This document shows, piece by piece, positions 1 to 8,608 of a stretch of DNA of 63,352 nucleotides (within the stretch, counting starts at the first letter, position 1; each line of letters begins with the position of its first letter). The notes under the pieces are model-generated. The model searched no databases, was not told the origin of the DNA, and was given only the letters and a program-made list of their open reading frames with translations. Made by a program: the position numbers and the translations under genes. Origin of the DNA: Chloroflexota bacterium (lineage in GTDB: Bacteria; Chloroflexota; Dehalococcoidia; SM23-28-2; RBG-16-64-32). The stretch covers positions 1 through 63,352 of the forward strand of contig DAINRO010000001.1 in NCBI GenBank assembly GCA_036741795.1. Reading direction: 5' to 3'.

Positions 1-410
1 TTGCCTCCCGCGGCCTCCTCGGCGGGAGTGCCGATGACCTGTACCGTGCCGCCGCCGGCGTCGGCGAGAAGGTCTTTCACGGCGATGCCGGCGGCGCAGG
101 CGGCGGTGCCAATTATGTTGTGGCCGCAACCGTGACCGACACCGGGCAGGGCGTCGTATTCGGCGACGAAAGCGACACGTGGGGAGCCGCTGCCGATGGT
201 AGCGTTGAAGGCGGTCGGCAGTTCGCAAACACCGCGGTCGACGCGAAAGCCGTTGGTCTCAAGGAAGTCCTCAAGCATCGCGGCGGACTTGTGCTCTTCG
301 TAAGCGGGCTCGGGGGTTTCGTGGATGCGGAGGGAGAGGGCGATAAGTTCATCGCGTCGGGCGTCGATGGTTGAGATAGCGCGGGTCTTGAGTTCGCTCG
401 CGTCGGTCAT
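1..410 (-). CDS. M20-family metallopeptidase/amidohydrolase (AbgB-like), N-terminal part; 3' end lies off-window
   Basis: Not in the ORF track because it runs off the window. My translation from ATG (410-408, minus strand) gives MTDASELKTRAISTIDARRDELIALSLRIHETPEPAYEEHKSAAMLEDFLETNGFRVDRG...EYDALPGVGHGCGHNIIGTAA. The GHxCGHN motif and layout are typical of M20D amidohydrolases. Confidence 0.7.
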   Translation of the reverse strand, partial: MTDASELKTRAISTIDARRDELIALSLRIHETPEPAYEEHKSAAMLEDFLETNGFRVDRGVCELPTAFNATIGSGSPRVAFVAEYDALPGVGHGCGHNIIGTAACAAGIAVKDLLADAGGGTVQVIGTPAEEAAGG

Positions 411-469
411 GCAGCGAGTTTAGAGGAAATGGGAAATGGGAAACAGGGGCGCGTATACTGCGATTCCAG

Positions 470-1006
470 ATGACATCCATCACTTCGAACGAAGAACTGA
501 AAGGGTTCATCCGGGACATCCCGGACTTTCCGCAGCCGGGGATCATCTTCAAGGACATCACGCCGCTGCTGCAGGATTCCGGGGCGACGCGGCACGTGAT
601 CGACACGTTCACGGACGCGTTCCGGGACGCGGAACTAAGGGCGATCGTGTCCGTGGAGTCGCGGGGGTTCCTGTTCGGAGCACCGCTGGCTTACAACCTG
701 GGGCTGCCGCTAATTCCGGTGAGGAAGCCGGGGAAGCTGCCGGCGGAGGTGATGAGCGTCGAGTATTCGCTCGAGTACGGTACCGGGCAGCTGGATATCC
801 ACAAAGACGCGCTCGCGAAGGGAGACCGGGTGGTGGTGATCGATGACCTGCTGGCGACGGGGGGAACGGCGCTGGCTGCAGCGAAGCTAGTTGAGTTGAT
901 CGGGGGGCGCGTTCATAGCTTCGCGTTCCTCGTGGAGTTGGGGTTCCTGAACGGGCGGGAGAAGCTGGACGGCTACGGCGTCCTGGCGCTTATCCGCTAC
1001 GACTGA
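470..1006 (+). CDS. apt: adenine phosphoribosyltransferase
   Basis: 178 aa. Contains IRDIPDFPQPGIIFKDITPLL and the PRPP loop VVVIDDLLATGGTA, both typical of Apt. Confidence 0.93.
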   Translation: MTSITSNEELKGFIRDIPDFPQPGIIFKDITPLLQDSGATRHVIDTFTDAFRDAELRAIVSVESRGFLFGAPLAYNLGLPLIPVRKPGKLPAEVMSVEYSLEYGTGQLDIHKDALAKGDRVVVIDDLLATGGTALAAAKLVELIGGRVHSFAFLVELGFLNGREKLDGYGVLALIRYD

Positions 1007-1012
1007 TTCGCC

Positions 1013-1042
1013 TTGACTTTTGTGTCTGACGACGGGTAGCAT
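1013..1042 (+). promoter_or_regulatory. candidate sigma70 promoter for the SAM-riboswitch transcript
   Basis: TTGACT (1013-1018), 18-nt spacer, TAGCAT (1037-1042), about 20 nt upstream of the riboswitch P1 helix. Confidence 0.45.
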
Positions 1043-1061
1043 TCGGGCAGAATTAAATACG

Positions 1062-1166
1062 GATCCTTATCTAGAGCGGTGGAGGGAACGGCCCGCTGAA
1101 GCCCGGCAACCGGTTCAAATTGAGCACGGTGCCAACTCCGACCCCGAACGGGGAGAGATGAGGGAG
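1062..1166 (+). promoter_or_regulatory. SAM-I (S-box) riboswitch
   Basis: TCCTTATCTAGAGCGGTGGAGGGAACGGCCCGCTGAAGCCCGGCAACC...GGTGCCAACTCCGACC...GAGAGATGAGGGA matches the S-box core (UUAUCAAGAG-GGUGGAGGGA-UGGCCC-GAARCCCGGCAACC...GGUGCYAAxUCC...AGAUAAG). P1 strands TCCTTATC and GATGAGGGA pair. Confidence 0.85.
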
Positions 1167-1173
1167 TCAATCC

Positions 1174-1210
1174 AGACTTCTCCACCGCGCGAGAAGTCTT
1201 TTCTTTTGTT
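1174..1210 (+). terminator. intrinsic terminator (riboswitch expression platform)
   Basis: AGACTTCTC-caccgcgc-GAGAAGTCT hairpin followed by TTTTCTTTTGTT, directly after the S-box aptamer and 24 nt before the mtnA start. Confidence 0.75.
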
Positions 1211-1233
1211 TATGACAACTGGAGTACAGCCGG

Positions 1234-2286
1234 GTGTTTGAACCTATCGAATGGACCGCAAAGAACCGCGTGCGGTTTCTCGACCAGACGCGCCTTCCGA
1301 AGGAGGAGGTGTGGGTGGAGACCGCCGAGGTCGAGGTGCTGGCGGAAGCGATCCGGAGCCTGCGGGTACGCGGCGCTCCATTGATCGGCATTGCGGCAGC
1401 CTACGGGATTGCGGCCGTGGCCGCTCATTCGCGCGCGCCCATCAAGGATGCGCTCCTGGCCGAGATCTGGGACGCGGCGGGAAAGCTGCGTGAGACGCGG
1501 CCGACGGCGGTGAACCTTTCGTGGGCGATTGACCGGATGCTGGACAAGGTCGGCACGGTGACGGATGTGCTTACGATTAAGGCAGCGCTGGAGGAGGAAG
1601 CAATCGCGATCCATCGGGAGGACGTCGCGGCGTGTGAGCGAATCGGTGCATACGGGGCTGAATTGATCCGCGCCGGCACGACGATCCAGACTCACTGCAA
1701 CGCCGGTGCTCTGGCGACCGGGGGATACGGGACGGCGCTGGGAGTGGTGCGCAGCGCCTGGAACGCGGGGAATCTCGAGGGAGTGATCGCGACGGAGACT
1801 CGTCCGCTGCTCCAGGGAGCGCGCTTGACGGCGTGGGAGCTGGCTCGGGACGGAATACCCGTGTCCCTGATCCCCGACAGTGCGGCAGGACATCTGATGA
1901 GCCGTGGTGAAGTCGGAGCGGTGGTTGTGGGGGCGGACCGGATCGCGGCGAACGGAGATACTGCGAACAAGATTGGCACCTACCAGCAAGCGGTATTGGC
2001 GAGGGAGAACGGCATCCCGTTCTACGTCGCAGCTCCTTTGAGCACCATCGATCTTGAGACGACATCCGGCGAAGGGATTCCAATCGAGCAGCGCGATTCG
2101 GATGAGGTTAAGGCGTTCGGCGGGGTTACGGTGGCGGCGGACGGTGCGGCGGTACTCAATCCAGCGTTCGACGTGACACCGGCGAGGTTCATCAGTGCAA
2201 TCGTCACGGACGCGGGAGTCGCCAGGGCCCCATACCAGACGAGCCTGGCAACTCTGTTCCGGGAGAAGGCGGTCGCACGTGGCTAA
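1234..2286 (+). CDS. mtnA: S-methyl-5-thioribose-1-phosphate isomerase
   Basis: 350 aa, eIF-2B alpha/beta/delta-like (LDQTRLP..., RVRGAPLIGIAAAYG, GADRIAANGDTANKIGTY). GTG start with GGAG 9 nt upstream. Confidence 0.9.
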   Translation: MFEPIEWTAKNRVRFLDQTRLPKEEVWVETAEVEVLAEAIRSLRVRGAPLIGIAAAYGIAAVAAHSRAPIKDALLAEIWDAAGKLRETRPTAVNLSWAIDRMLDKVGTVTDVLTIKAALEEEAIAIHREDVAACERIGAYGAELIRAGTTIQTHCNAGALATGGYGTALGVVRSAWNAGNLEGVIATETRPLLQGARLTAWELARDGIPVSLIPDSAAGHLMSRGEVGAVVVGADRIAANGDTANKIGTYQQAVLARENGIPFYVAAPLSTIDLETTSGEGIPIEQRDSDEVKAFGGVTVAADGAAVLNPAFDVTPARFISAIVTDAGVARAPYQTSLATLFREKAVARG

Positions 2287-3163
2287 CGGCGAAATACGGG
2301 CTGCGGTCATAGGCGGCAGCGGCTTCTATCAAATGGAGGGGTTGAGCGACACGGAGTCGCTCACGATTGGCACGCCCTTCGGGCCGACAAGCGATACGAT
2401 CACGGTGGGGACACTGGATGGCCAACGCGTAGCGTTTTTGCCGCGCCACGGCGTCGGCCACAGGCTGCTGCCGTCGGAGATACCAGCGCGCGCCAACTTT
2501 TGGGCGCTGAAGTCGCTGGGTGTGGAGTCGGTGATCAGCGTGAGCGCCGTGGGGAGTCTGCGCGAGGACATCGAGCCGCTTCACATGGTGGTGCCGGACC
2601 AACTGATCGACCGGACGCGAGGGCGTACGTCGACGTTCTTTGGCGATGGAATCGTCGCCCACGTGGCTTTCGGCGATCCGTTCTGCCCCCAACTTCGCGG
2701 TCTTCTCACGGGTGCGGTGCGGGAGACCGAGGCAACCGTGCACAACGGTGGCACTTACGTCGTAATGGAAGGCCCGGCCTTCTCGACGCGGTCTGAATCG
2801 AGCCTGTATCGGACGTGGGGCGCCGATGTCATCGGGATGACGGCGCTGCCTGAAGCCAAACTGGCGCGAGAAGCAGAGATATGCTTCGCAGTGCTGGCAT
2901 GTAGTACCGACTACGACTGCTGGCGCGAAGGCCACGAGGACGTCACGGCGGACATGATCGTAGCGAACTTGTTCCAGAACGTGGACGTGTCCCGGCGCGC
3001 CGTGAGGACGGCCCTGCAACGACTGCCCGGGGAGCGAACGTGCGGCTGCGGCAGCGCGTTGGAGACGGCGATCGTGACGTCGTGGGACCTGGTCCCACGC
3101 GAGACACAAGAGCGGCTGGCACCGATAATTGGCAAGTACGTGGAACAGAAGGTAACCGGATGA
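2279..3163 (+). CDS. mtnP: S-methyl-5'-thioadenosine phosphorylase
   Basis: Track ORF 2195-3163 trimmed to GTG at 2279 (VANGEIRAAVIGGSGFY...), which overlaps the mtnA stop by 8 nt. Contains FLPRHGVGHRLLPSEIPARANFWALKSLGV and AVGSL...VVPDQLIDRT, both MTAP-type. Confidence 0.88.
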   Translation: MANGEIRAAVIGGSGFYQMEGLSDTESLTIGTPFGPTSDTITVGTLDGQRVAFLPRHGVGHRLLPSEIPARANFWALKSLGVESVISVSAVGSLREDIEPLHMVVPDQLIDRTRGRTSTFFGDGIVAHVAFGDPFCPQLRGLLTGAVRETEATVHNGGTYVVMEGPAFSTRSESSLYRTWGADVIGMTALPEAKLAREAEICFAVLACSTDYDCWREGHEDVTADMIVANLFQNVDVSRRAVRTALQRLPGERTCGCGSALETAIVTSWDLVPRETQERLAPIIGKYVEQKVTG

Positions 3164-4053
3164 CGGCCGTTTCCCGCGAAGGTGACTCCGCGAAGGCGAT
3201 CTACACGGTCGAACAGCTAAGCGACCGCGATGAAATCCGCGCGATGCTCTCGCAGGAGAGAGCTTATTCCGCGTACGCCCTGGCGCAGCTCGATCAGCGG
3301 ACGTTCTACGACGCTGAGTGGGTGCTGTCGCGGGGATCCGACGGCGAGCAAGCCCTGCTCGTGCACTCCTACGGCGGGCTAGGCCCGGCCCTCTTCGCGA
3401 TAGGAGACCCCGCAGCGCTGGATGTGGCGATGGGATTGCACCCCGGAGCGCGCTTTTCCTTCGGAAGTTTGCGCATGGAGCACAGGCCTGTCGTCGAGAA
3501 GCACTACGCAATTAGCAGGCCACGAACGATGCAGCGGATGCAGGTGACGGCGGAAAGCTTCCACCCCGTCCACGGCCCGGCTGTGCGACTGGAATCGGGC
3601 GATCTGTCGTTAATCAACAAGCTGTATTCGCAAGAAGGTACGGCGACAGCCTATCGGGCGGAACACCTGGAGCACGCCGTCTATTGCGGCGCTTTCGTGG
3701 GTGGGCAGTTGGTGGCGATTGCAGGCACGCACACGTTCTCCCGGTCGCAGCGGGTGGCAGTGGTGGGGAACGTCTATACGCACCCGGAGTACCGCGGGCG
3801 AGGAATGGCCACGGCGGCGACCTCCGCGGTGACGGCGGAACTGGTGCGTTCGTGTGATCTCGTGGTCCTGACGGTGGAGGCCGACAATAGTCCGGCGCTC
3901 GCGGTGTACGAGAAGCTGGGATACGAGTACGTATGCAACATGCACGAGACGCCCCTGGTGCGCAAGGAGCCCGTAGGCGTGCTGAGCTTCGCCCGGAGGA
4001 CGATGGCGACGTGGCGAGGCCGGAAAGTGGGTAAGGAGGTTGTGATTCGATGA
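3160..4053 (+). CDS. GNAT-family N-acetyltransferase (two-lobed, FR47-like C-terminal domain)
   Basis: ATG at 3160 overlaps the mtnP stop (ATGA). The C-terminal VVGNVYTHPEYRGRGMATAATSAV...NSPALAVYEKLGYEY is the GNAT acetyl-CoA (Q/RxxGxG/A) motif region. Confidence 0.75.
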   Translation: MTAVSREGDSAKAIYTVEQLSDRDEIRAMLSQERAYSAYALAQLDQRTFYDAEWVLSRGSDGEQALLVHSYGGLGPALFAIGDPAALDVAMGLHPGARFSFGSLRMEHRPVVEKHYAISRPRTMQRMQVTAESFHPVHGPAVRLESGDLSLINKLYSQEGTATAYRAEHLEHAVYCGAFVGGQLVAIAGTHTFSRSQRVAVVGNVYTHPEYRGRGMATAATSAVTAELVRSCDLVVLTVEADNSPALAVYEKLGYEYVCNMHETPLVRKEPVGVLSFARRTMATWRGRKVGKEVVIR

Positions 4054-4658
4054 CGAAGCATATAGGAATTGTCCTGTTCAAGGACTTCGAGGATTTGGAC
4101 GCGATTGGGCCTCGGGAAGCGCTGACGATGATGGCGAAGGGGACAGGCGGTGAGTGGGAAGTGGTGCTGATAAGCGAGGATGGCAAGGCAGTCCAGTCCT
4201 TCCTTGGGACTCGGTACCTGGTGGACTACAGCTACGAGAATTGTCCAGCGCTGGACGTGATCCTGGTGCCGGGGGGATTGGGTACTCGGGCCGAGATGAA
4301 CAACCCCAAGCACATCGAGTTCGTGCAACGGCAGGGGAACAACGCCGACTGGGTCACCTCGGTCTGTACCGGCGCGCTGGTACTGCACAAGGCCGGGTTC
4401 CTGGAAGGGAAGCGAGCGACCACCCACTGGGGCTCGATCGCGGAGTTGCAAAACCTCGGCGGCGACACAACGGTAGTAAATGACGAGAGGTGGGTGCACG
4501 ACGGCAATGTGATCACCGCGGCGGGTGTGTCGGCGGGGATCGATATGTCGCTGTACCTGATAAGCCTGATCAAGGACCCTGCGACCGCGCAGCGCGTTCA
4601 ACAGATGATGGAGTACTACCCGAAGCCCCCGGTGTTCGAAGGGGCGGCGACCACATGA
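4050..4658 (+). CDS. DJ-1/PfpI family protein
   Basis: 202 aa. Nucleophile elbow VTSVCTGALVLHKAGFLEGKRATTHW and ITAAGVSAGIDMSL. The ATGA start overlaps the upstream gene. Confidence 0.8.
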   Translation: MTKHIGIVLFKDFEDLDAIGPREALTMMAKGTGGEWEVVLISEDGKAVQSFLGTRYLVDYSYENCPALDVILVPGGLGTRAEMNNPKHIEFVQRQGNNADWVTSVCTGALVLHKAGFLEGKRATTHWGSIAELQNLGGDTTVVNDERWVHDGNVITAAGVSAGIDMSLYLISLIKDPATAQRVQQMMEYYPKPPVFEGAATT

Positions 4659-5389
4659 CATTCTCGATCGCGGCTCGATGCCCGCGAACCGGGAATCTCG
4701 GCGTCGCAACGTCGAGCAAAGCGTTGTCGGCGGGCGGCCAGGTGCCGTACGTAAAGAGCGGCGTGGGCGCGATTGCCAGCCAGTCGTTCGTGAACCCGTA
4801 TCTCGGGATCGATGGGCTTGTACTGCTTGGGCAGGGATTGCCTGCGGAGCGCGTGCTGGACCGGTTGATCGAGGGCGACGCCGGCCGCGAACTGCGGCAG
4901 GTTGGAATCGTGGACAAGGAGGGGCGGACTGCGGCTTACACGGGCGAGCGGTGCATCAGGTGGGCCGGGGCGGTCACAGGTGCCGGGTATGTTTGCATCG
5001 GCAACATACTCGCCGGTGAGGAAGTGGTGAAGGAGATGGCATCATCGTTCGCGTTGAACGGGGACGAGGAATTGCCGCTGCGCCTTCTGCTCGCGCTGGA
5101 GTCGGGACAAGAGGCGGGTGGCGACAGGAGGGGTCGGCAGTCGGCCGGTATTCACGTCGTGGCCGACGAGGAATACCCATTGTGTGACCTGCGCGTTGAT
5201 GATCATGACGATCCTGTACAGCAGTTGCGCAGGGTGTACGAGGTATGGGAGCGGGAAGAGCTTCCCTTCCTGGGACTAGCGCCCATGCGGAATGACTTTA
5301 CGCCCGAATGGCAGACAGCGATCAGGCTGGGAGAAGAGATTGAAAACGAACTGGAAGAAGCAGAGAAGGTAAAGGAGAGCGCATGGTAA
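4655..5389 (+). CDS. DUF1028-family (Ntn-hydrolase fold) protein
   Basis: Track ORF trimmed to ATG at 4655 (ATGA overlap with the DJ-1 stop). [45 protein letters not shown] is the characteristic DUF1028 N-terminus, with Thr2 as putative nucleophile. Confidence 0.75.
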   Translation: MTFSIAARCPRTGNLGVATSSKALSAGGQVPYVKSGVGAIASQSFVNPYLGIDGLVLLGQGLPAERVLDRLIEGDAGRELRQVGIVDKEGRTAAYTGERCIRWAGAVTGAGYVCIGNILAGEEVVKEMASSFALNGDEELPLRLLLALESGQEAGGDRRGRQSAGIHVVADEEYPLCDLRVDDHDDPVQQLRRVYEVWEREELPFLGLAPMRNDFTPEWQTAIRLGEEIENELEEAEKVKESAW

Positions 5390-6660
5390 ACGTTGAGTCG
5401 ATCGTCGAGCACGACGTCAAGGACCTGGCACTAACCGAAGGCGGTGTGAATCGCATCGAATGGGCAGCCCGCGAGATGCCGGTGTTGCGGCTGATCCGCG
5501 AGCAGTTCGAGCGGGATAAGCCGCTGAATGGCGTGCGGGTCGCTGCCTGCCTTCACGTTACGACCGAAACGGCGAACTTGATGATCACGCTCAAGGCGGG
5601 TGGCGCTGAGGTGAGGTTGTGCGCGAGCAATCCGCTTTCCACGCAGGACGATGTAGCGGCGGCGCTCGTTTCGCGATACGGCATCTCAGTTTTCGCGATA
5701 AGGGGCGAGAACGACCCGACGTACTACAAGCACATCCATGCGGTCCTGGAGAACAATCCACAGATGACGATGGACGATGGGGCGGACCTGGTGGCGGTGC
5801 TTCACAAGGAGCGCAGAGAGGTCCTGGAGAGCGTCATTGGGGGAACGGAGGAAACGACGACGGGTGTGATCCGACTGCGGGCAATGGCGAAGGATGGAGC
5901 GCTGGGATACCCGATCGTTGCAATTAACGAAGCGAACACGAAGCACCTGTTCGACAACCGGTACGGGACCGGCCAAAGCACAATCGACGGAATCACACGG
6001 GCAACGAACGTGCTCTGGGCTGCAAAGCACGTTGTGGTGGCGGGCTACGGATGGTGCGGCAAGGGCGTGGCAATGAGGGCGCGCGGGTTGGGCTCGCGGG
6101 TGATCGTTACCGAGATCGACCCGATCAAGGCGCTCGAAGCGACGATGGACGGCCACGAGGTGATGACGATGGACGAGGCGGCCCGGCTGGGCGACGTCTT
6201 CATCACGCTGACGGGCGACACGAACGTCCTGGACCACCAGCATTTCGAGGCGATGAAGGACGGTGCGATCGTCGCTAACAGCGGTCACTTCAACGTAGAG
6301 ATCAACATCGCGGCGCTGGCGGACATGAGTGAATCGCGGCGCACCGTGCGGGACCATGTCGAGGAGTTCCGGACAATGGATGGGAGGAGCCTGTACCTAC
6401 TGGGAGAAGGCCGCCTGATCAACCTGGCGGCTGCCGAGGGTCATCCGGCGAGCGTAATGGACATGAGTTTCGCCAACCAGGCGCTGGCCGCGCAATTCCT
6501 GGCGAGCAGAGACGAGCGGCTGCCGGTGGATGTTCACACCGTGCCGCAAGAGATCGATAACGAGGTGGCACGCTTAAAGCTGACCTCGATGGGGATAGAG
6601 ATCGACGTGCTAACCGAGCAGCAGATGAAGTACCTGGCAAGCTGGGAAGAGGGGACCTGA
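5383..6660 (+). CDS. ahcY: adenosylhomocysteinase
   Basis: 425 aa. Contains [47 protein letters not shown] and SGHFNVEI. Confidence 0.95.
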   Translation: MVNVESIVEHDVKDLALTEGGVNRIEWAAREMPVLRLIREQFERDKPLNGVRVAACLHVTTETANLMITLKAGGAEVRLCASNPLSTQDDVAAALVSRYGISVFAIRGENDPTYYKHIHAVLENNPQMTMDDGADLVAVLHKERREVLESVIGGTEETTTGVIRLRAMAKDGALGYPIVAINEANTKHLFDNRYGTGQSTIDGITRATNVLWAAKHVVVAGYGWCGKGVAMRARGLGSRVIVTEIDPIKALEATMDGHEVMTMDEAARLGDVFITLTGDTNVLDHQHFEAMKDGAIVANSGHFNVEINIAALADMSESRRTVRDHVEEFRTMDGRSLYLLGEGRLINLAAAEGHPASVMDMSFANQALAAQFLASRDERLPVDVHTVPQEIDNEVARLKLTSMGIEIDVLTEQQMKYLASWEEGT

Positions 6661-6715
6661 GAAGTTAGACGTTGGAAGATAGAAGCTAAGAGTTTTATCC
6701 AGGAGGACTGAGCCA

Positions 6716-7900
6716 ATGACGATGACGTTCATGAGCAGCCCATCGCTGCTTGTCACATCCGAGAGCGTGACGGAGGGGCACCCGGACAAGGTGTGCGACC
6801 AGATCGCGGACGCGATCCTGGATGAGATCATCCGGGCTGACCCAAACGCGCACGTAGCGTGCGAGGTTGTATCGACAACCGGACTCGTGCTGATCACGGG
6901 TGAGATTACGACGAGCCACTACGTGGACTTCACGGGCGTGGCGCGCCAGGTCATCGCCGATATCGGCTACACACGGCCAGAGTTCCAGTTCGACGCCGAG
7001 AGTTGCGGCGTACTGGTGTCGGTAAAGGAGCAGTCGTCTGAAATCAATGACGCTGTTGGTGACGATGAGGGCGCAGGCGACCAGGGATTGATGCTTGGTT
7101 TCGCCTGCAATGAGACGGCAGAACTCATGCCCCTGCCAATTCACCTCTCGCATGCCCTTTGCAAGCAACTGACGGTGGTGCGGAAGAGCGGCGCCCTCTC
7201 GTACCTGCGGCCGGACGGGAAATCCCAGGTGACGATCGAGTACCAGTTCGGGAAGCCGAAGCGCGCGAAGGCGATCGTGGTTGCCGCACAGCATGATCCG
7301 GGTACGGCGACCGAGAAACTGCAGGAGGATATCCGCCGCGAGGTCATCCAACCGGTGATGTCCGAGTGGATCGACGATGAGACCGAGATCCACATCAACC
7401 GGAGTGGTTCGTTTGTCCTGGGCGGTCCGGCGGCTGACTCCGGTCTTTCCGGCCGCAAGAACATCGTCGACACATACGGCGGTGTGGGTCGTCATGGCGG
7501 TGGTTCGTACTCCGGCAAGGACCCGTCCAAGGTGGACCGCTCGGGGTCGTACGCCGCGCGTTGGGTGGCCAAGAACCTGGTGGCGGCGGGGATCGCAGAT
7601 AGGTGCGAGGTGGAGCTTTCCTACGCAATCGGACACCCGCAACCGCTGGGAGTCTCGGTGGAGACCTTCGGGACCCACAAGATCGCTATTGGGGAGATCG
7701 ACCGGTTGGTACGGGAGACGTTCGACCTCAGCCCAACCGGGATCATCCGCGACCTGGACCTGCGTCGCCCGATCTACCTCCAGACGGCATCTTACGGTCA
7801 CTTTGGGCGATCGGACCTTGACCTGCCGTGGGAGAAGACGAACCGCGCTGATCAATTGAAGGCTGCCGCGGCCAGCCTGACCGCAGAGGCGACGGCTTAG
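6716..7900 (+). CDS. metK: S-adenosylmethionine synthase
   Basis: 394 aa. Contains [34 protein letters not shown] and [29 protein letters not shown] upstream. Confidence 0.96.
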   Translation: MTMTFMSSPSLLVTSESVTEGHPDKVCDQIADAILDEIIRADPNAHVACEVVSTTGLVLITGEITTSHYVDFTGVARQVIADIGYTRPEFQFDAESCGVLVSVKEQSSEINDAVGDDEGAGDQGLMLGFACNETAELMPLPIHLSHALCKQLTVVRKSGALSYLRPDGKSQVTIEYQFGKPKRAKAIVVAAQHDPGTATEKLQEDIRREVIQPVMSEWIDDETEIHINRSGSFVLGGPAADSGLSGRKNIVDTYGGVGRHGGGSYSGKDPSKVDRSGSYAARWVAKNLVAAGIADRCEVELSYAIGHPQPLGVSVETFGTHKIAIGEIDRLVRETFDLSPTGIIRDLDLRRPIYLQTASYGHFGRSDLDLPWEKTNRADQLKAAAASLTAEATA

Positions 7901-7920
7901 GGAATAGAACGCGGCACGAC

Positions 7921-8604
7921 TTGTTCGCACTCATCATCGCCGGCGGTGAAGGTGAGCGGCTTCGGCCGCTGACGAAGGACAGGCCGAAGAACATGGTGCT
8001 GGTCGCCGGGCGGCCAATCGTTGAGCACCAGCTGGATTGGCTGGCTTGCAACGGAGTGACCGACGTTGTGTTCCTGTGCGGCTACAAAGCGGAAGTCCTG
8101 GAAGCACACGTTGGCGACGGCTCGCGGTTTGGCGTCCGAGCCAGGTACTCACGGGAGGACGAACCTCTGGGCCGCGGGGGAGCGCTGCGATTGGGCGCAT
8201 CGCTTGTTCCACCGGATGAGGTGGAGGTGATGGCCTGCAACGGCGACATCCTCACCGACCAGTCGCTGGAACCGATCCTGGCGTACCACCGGGAGCGAGA
8301 TGCGGCCGCTACCGTCATGCTGGCGCCGCTGAGAAGCCCGTACGGGGTGGTTGACGTGGATGACGAGGGTCGGATCAGTGCTTTCCGCGAGAAGCCGGTG
8401 CTGCCGCACTGGATCAACGCCGGGATTTACGTTCTGGGCCGCGAATTCCTGGATCTTTTGCCAGAGAAGGGCGACCACGAGACGACAGTGTTCCCGAAGC
8501 TGGCCGATGAGGGAAGGCTATTCGGCTTCAAAAGCGAGGCGTACTGGCGGCCTGTGGACAGCATGAAGGACATCTCGGAAGCAGCCAAAGAGCTGGTGGG
8601 GTAG
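7921..8604 (+). CDS. sugar-phosphate nucleotidyltransferase (mannose-1-P guanylyl-/glucose-1-P nucleotidyl-transferase-like)
   Basis: 227 aa, TTG start. The N-terminus (M)FALIIAGGEGERLRPLTKDRPKNMV is the NTP_transferase G-rich loop. Confidence 0.8.
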   Translation: MFALIIAGGEGERLRPLTKDRPKNMVLVAGRPIVEHQLDWLACNGVTDVVFLCGYKAEVLEAHVGDGSRFGVRARYSREDEPLGRGGALRLGASLVPPDEVEVMACNGDILTDQSLEPILAYHRERDAAATVMLAPLRSPYGVVDVDDEGRISAFREKPVLPHWINAGIYVLGREFLDLLPEKGDHETTVFPKLADEGRLFGFKSEAYWRPVDSMKDISEAAKELVG

Positions 8605-8608
8605 TGCA

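Noticed and set aside
1212-1241. Mini-ORF ATGACAACTGGAGTACAGCCGGGTGTTTGA (9 codons) between the riboswitch terminator and mtnA, considered as a leader peptide.
   Set aside because: It overlaps the mtnA RBS and GTG start, and has no Met/Cys codons or other attenuation logic. The S-box terminator already explains the regulation.
2204-3511. Long minus-strand ORF (435 aa) opposite mtnP/GNAT. Similar long antisense ORFs occur at 1210-2310, 3774-4709, 6695-7930, 21667-22686, 25890-26723, 30631-31545, 34267-35115, 38741-40324, 48138-49187, 50523-51473, 52633-54048 and 61367-62170.
   Set aside because: These are shadow ORFs typical of high-GC DNA. Their translations are Arg/Pro/Gly/Ala-rich with no recognisable domains, and in every case the opposite strand encodes a clearly homologous protein (MtnP, MetK, EF-Tu, RpoB/C, r-proteins).
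6661-6715. A second SAM riboswitch or a promoter in the AT-richer ahcY-metK spacer.
   Set aside because: At 55 nt it is too short for an S-box and has no conserved S-box blocks. Only a strong RBS (AGGAGGA) is evident, and the -35/-10 matches are poor.
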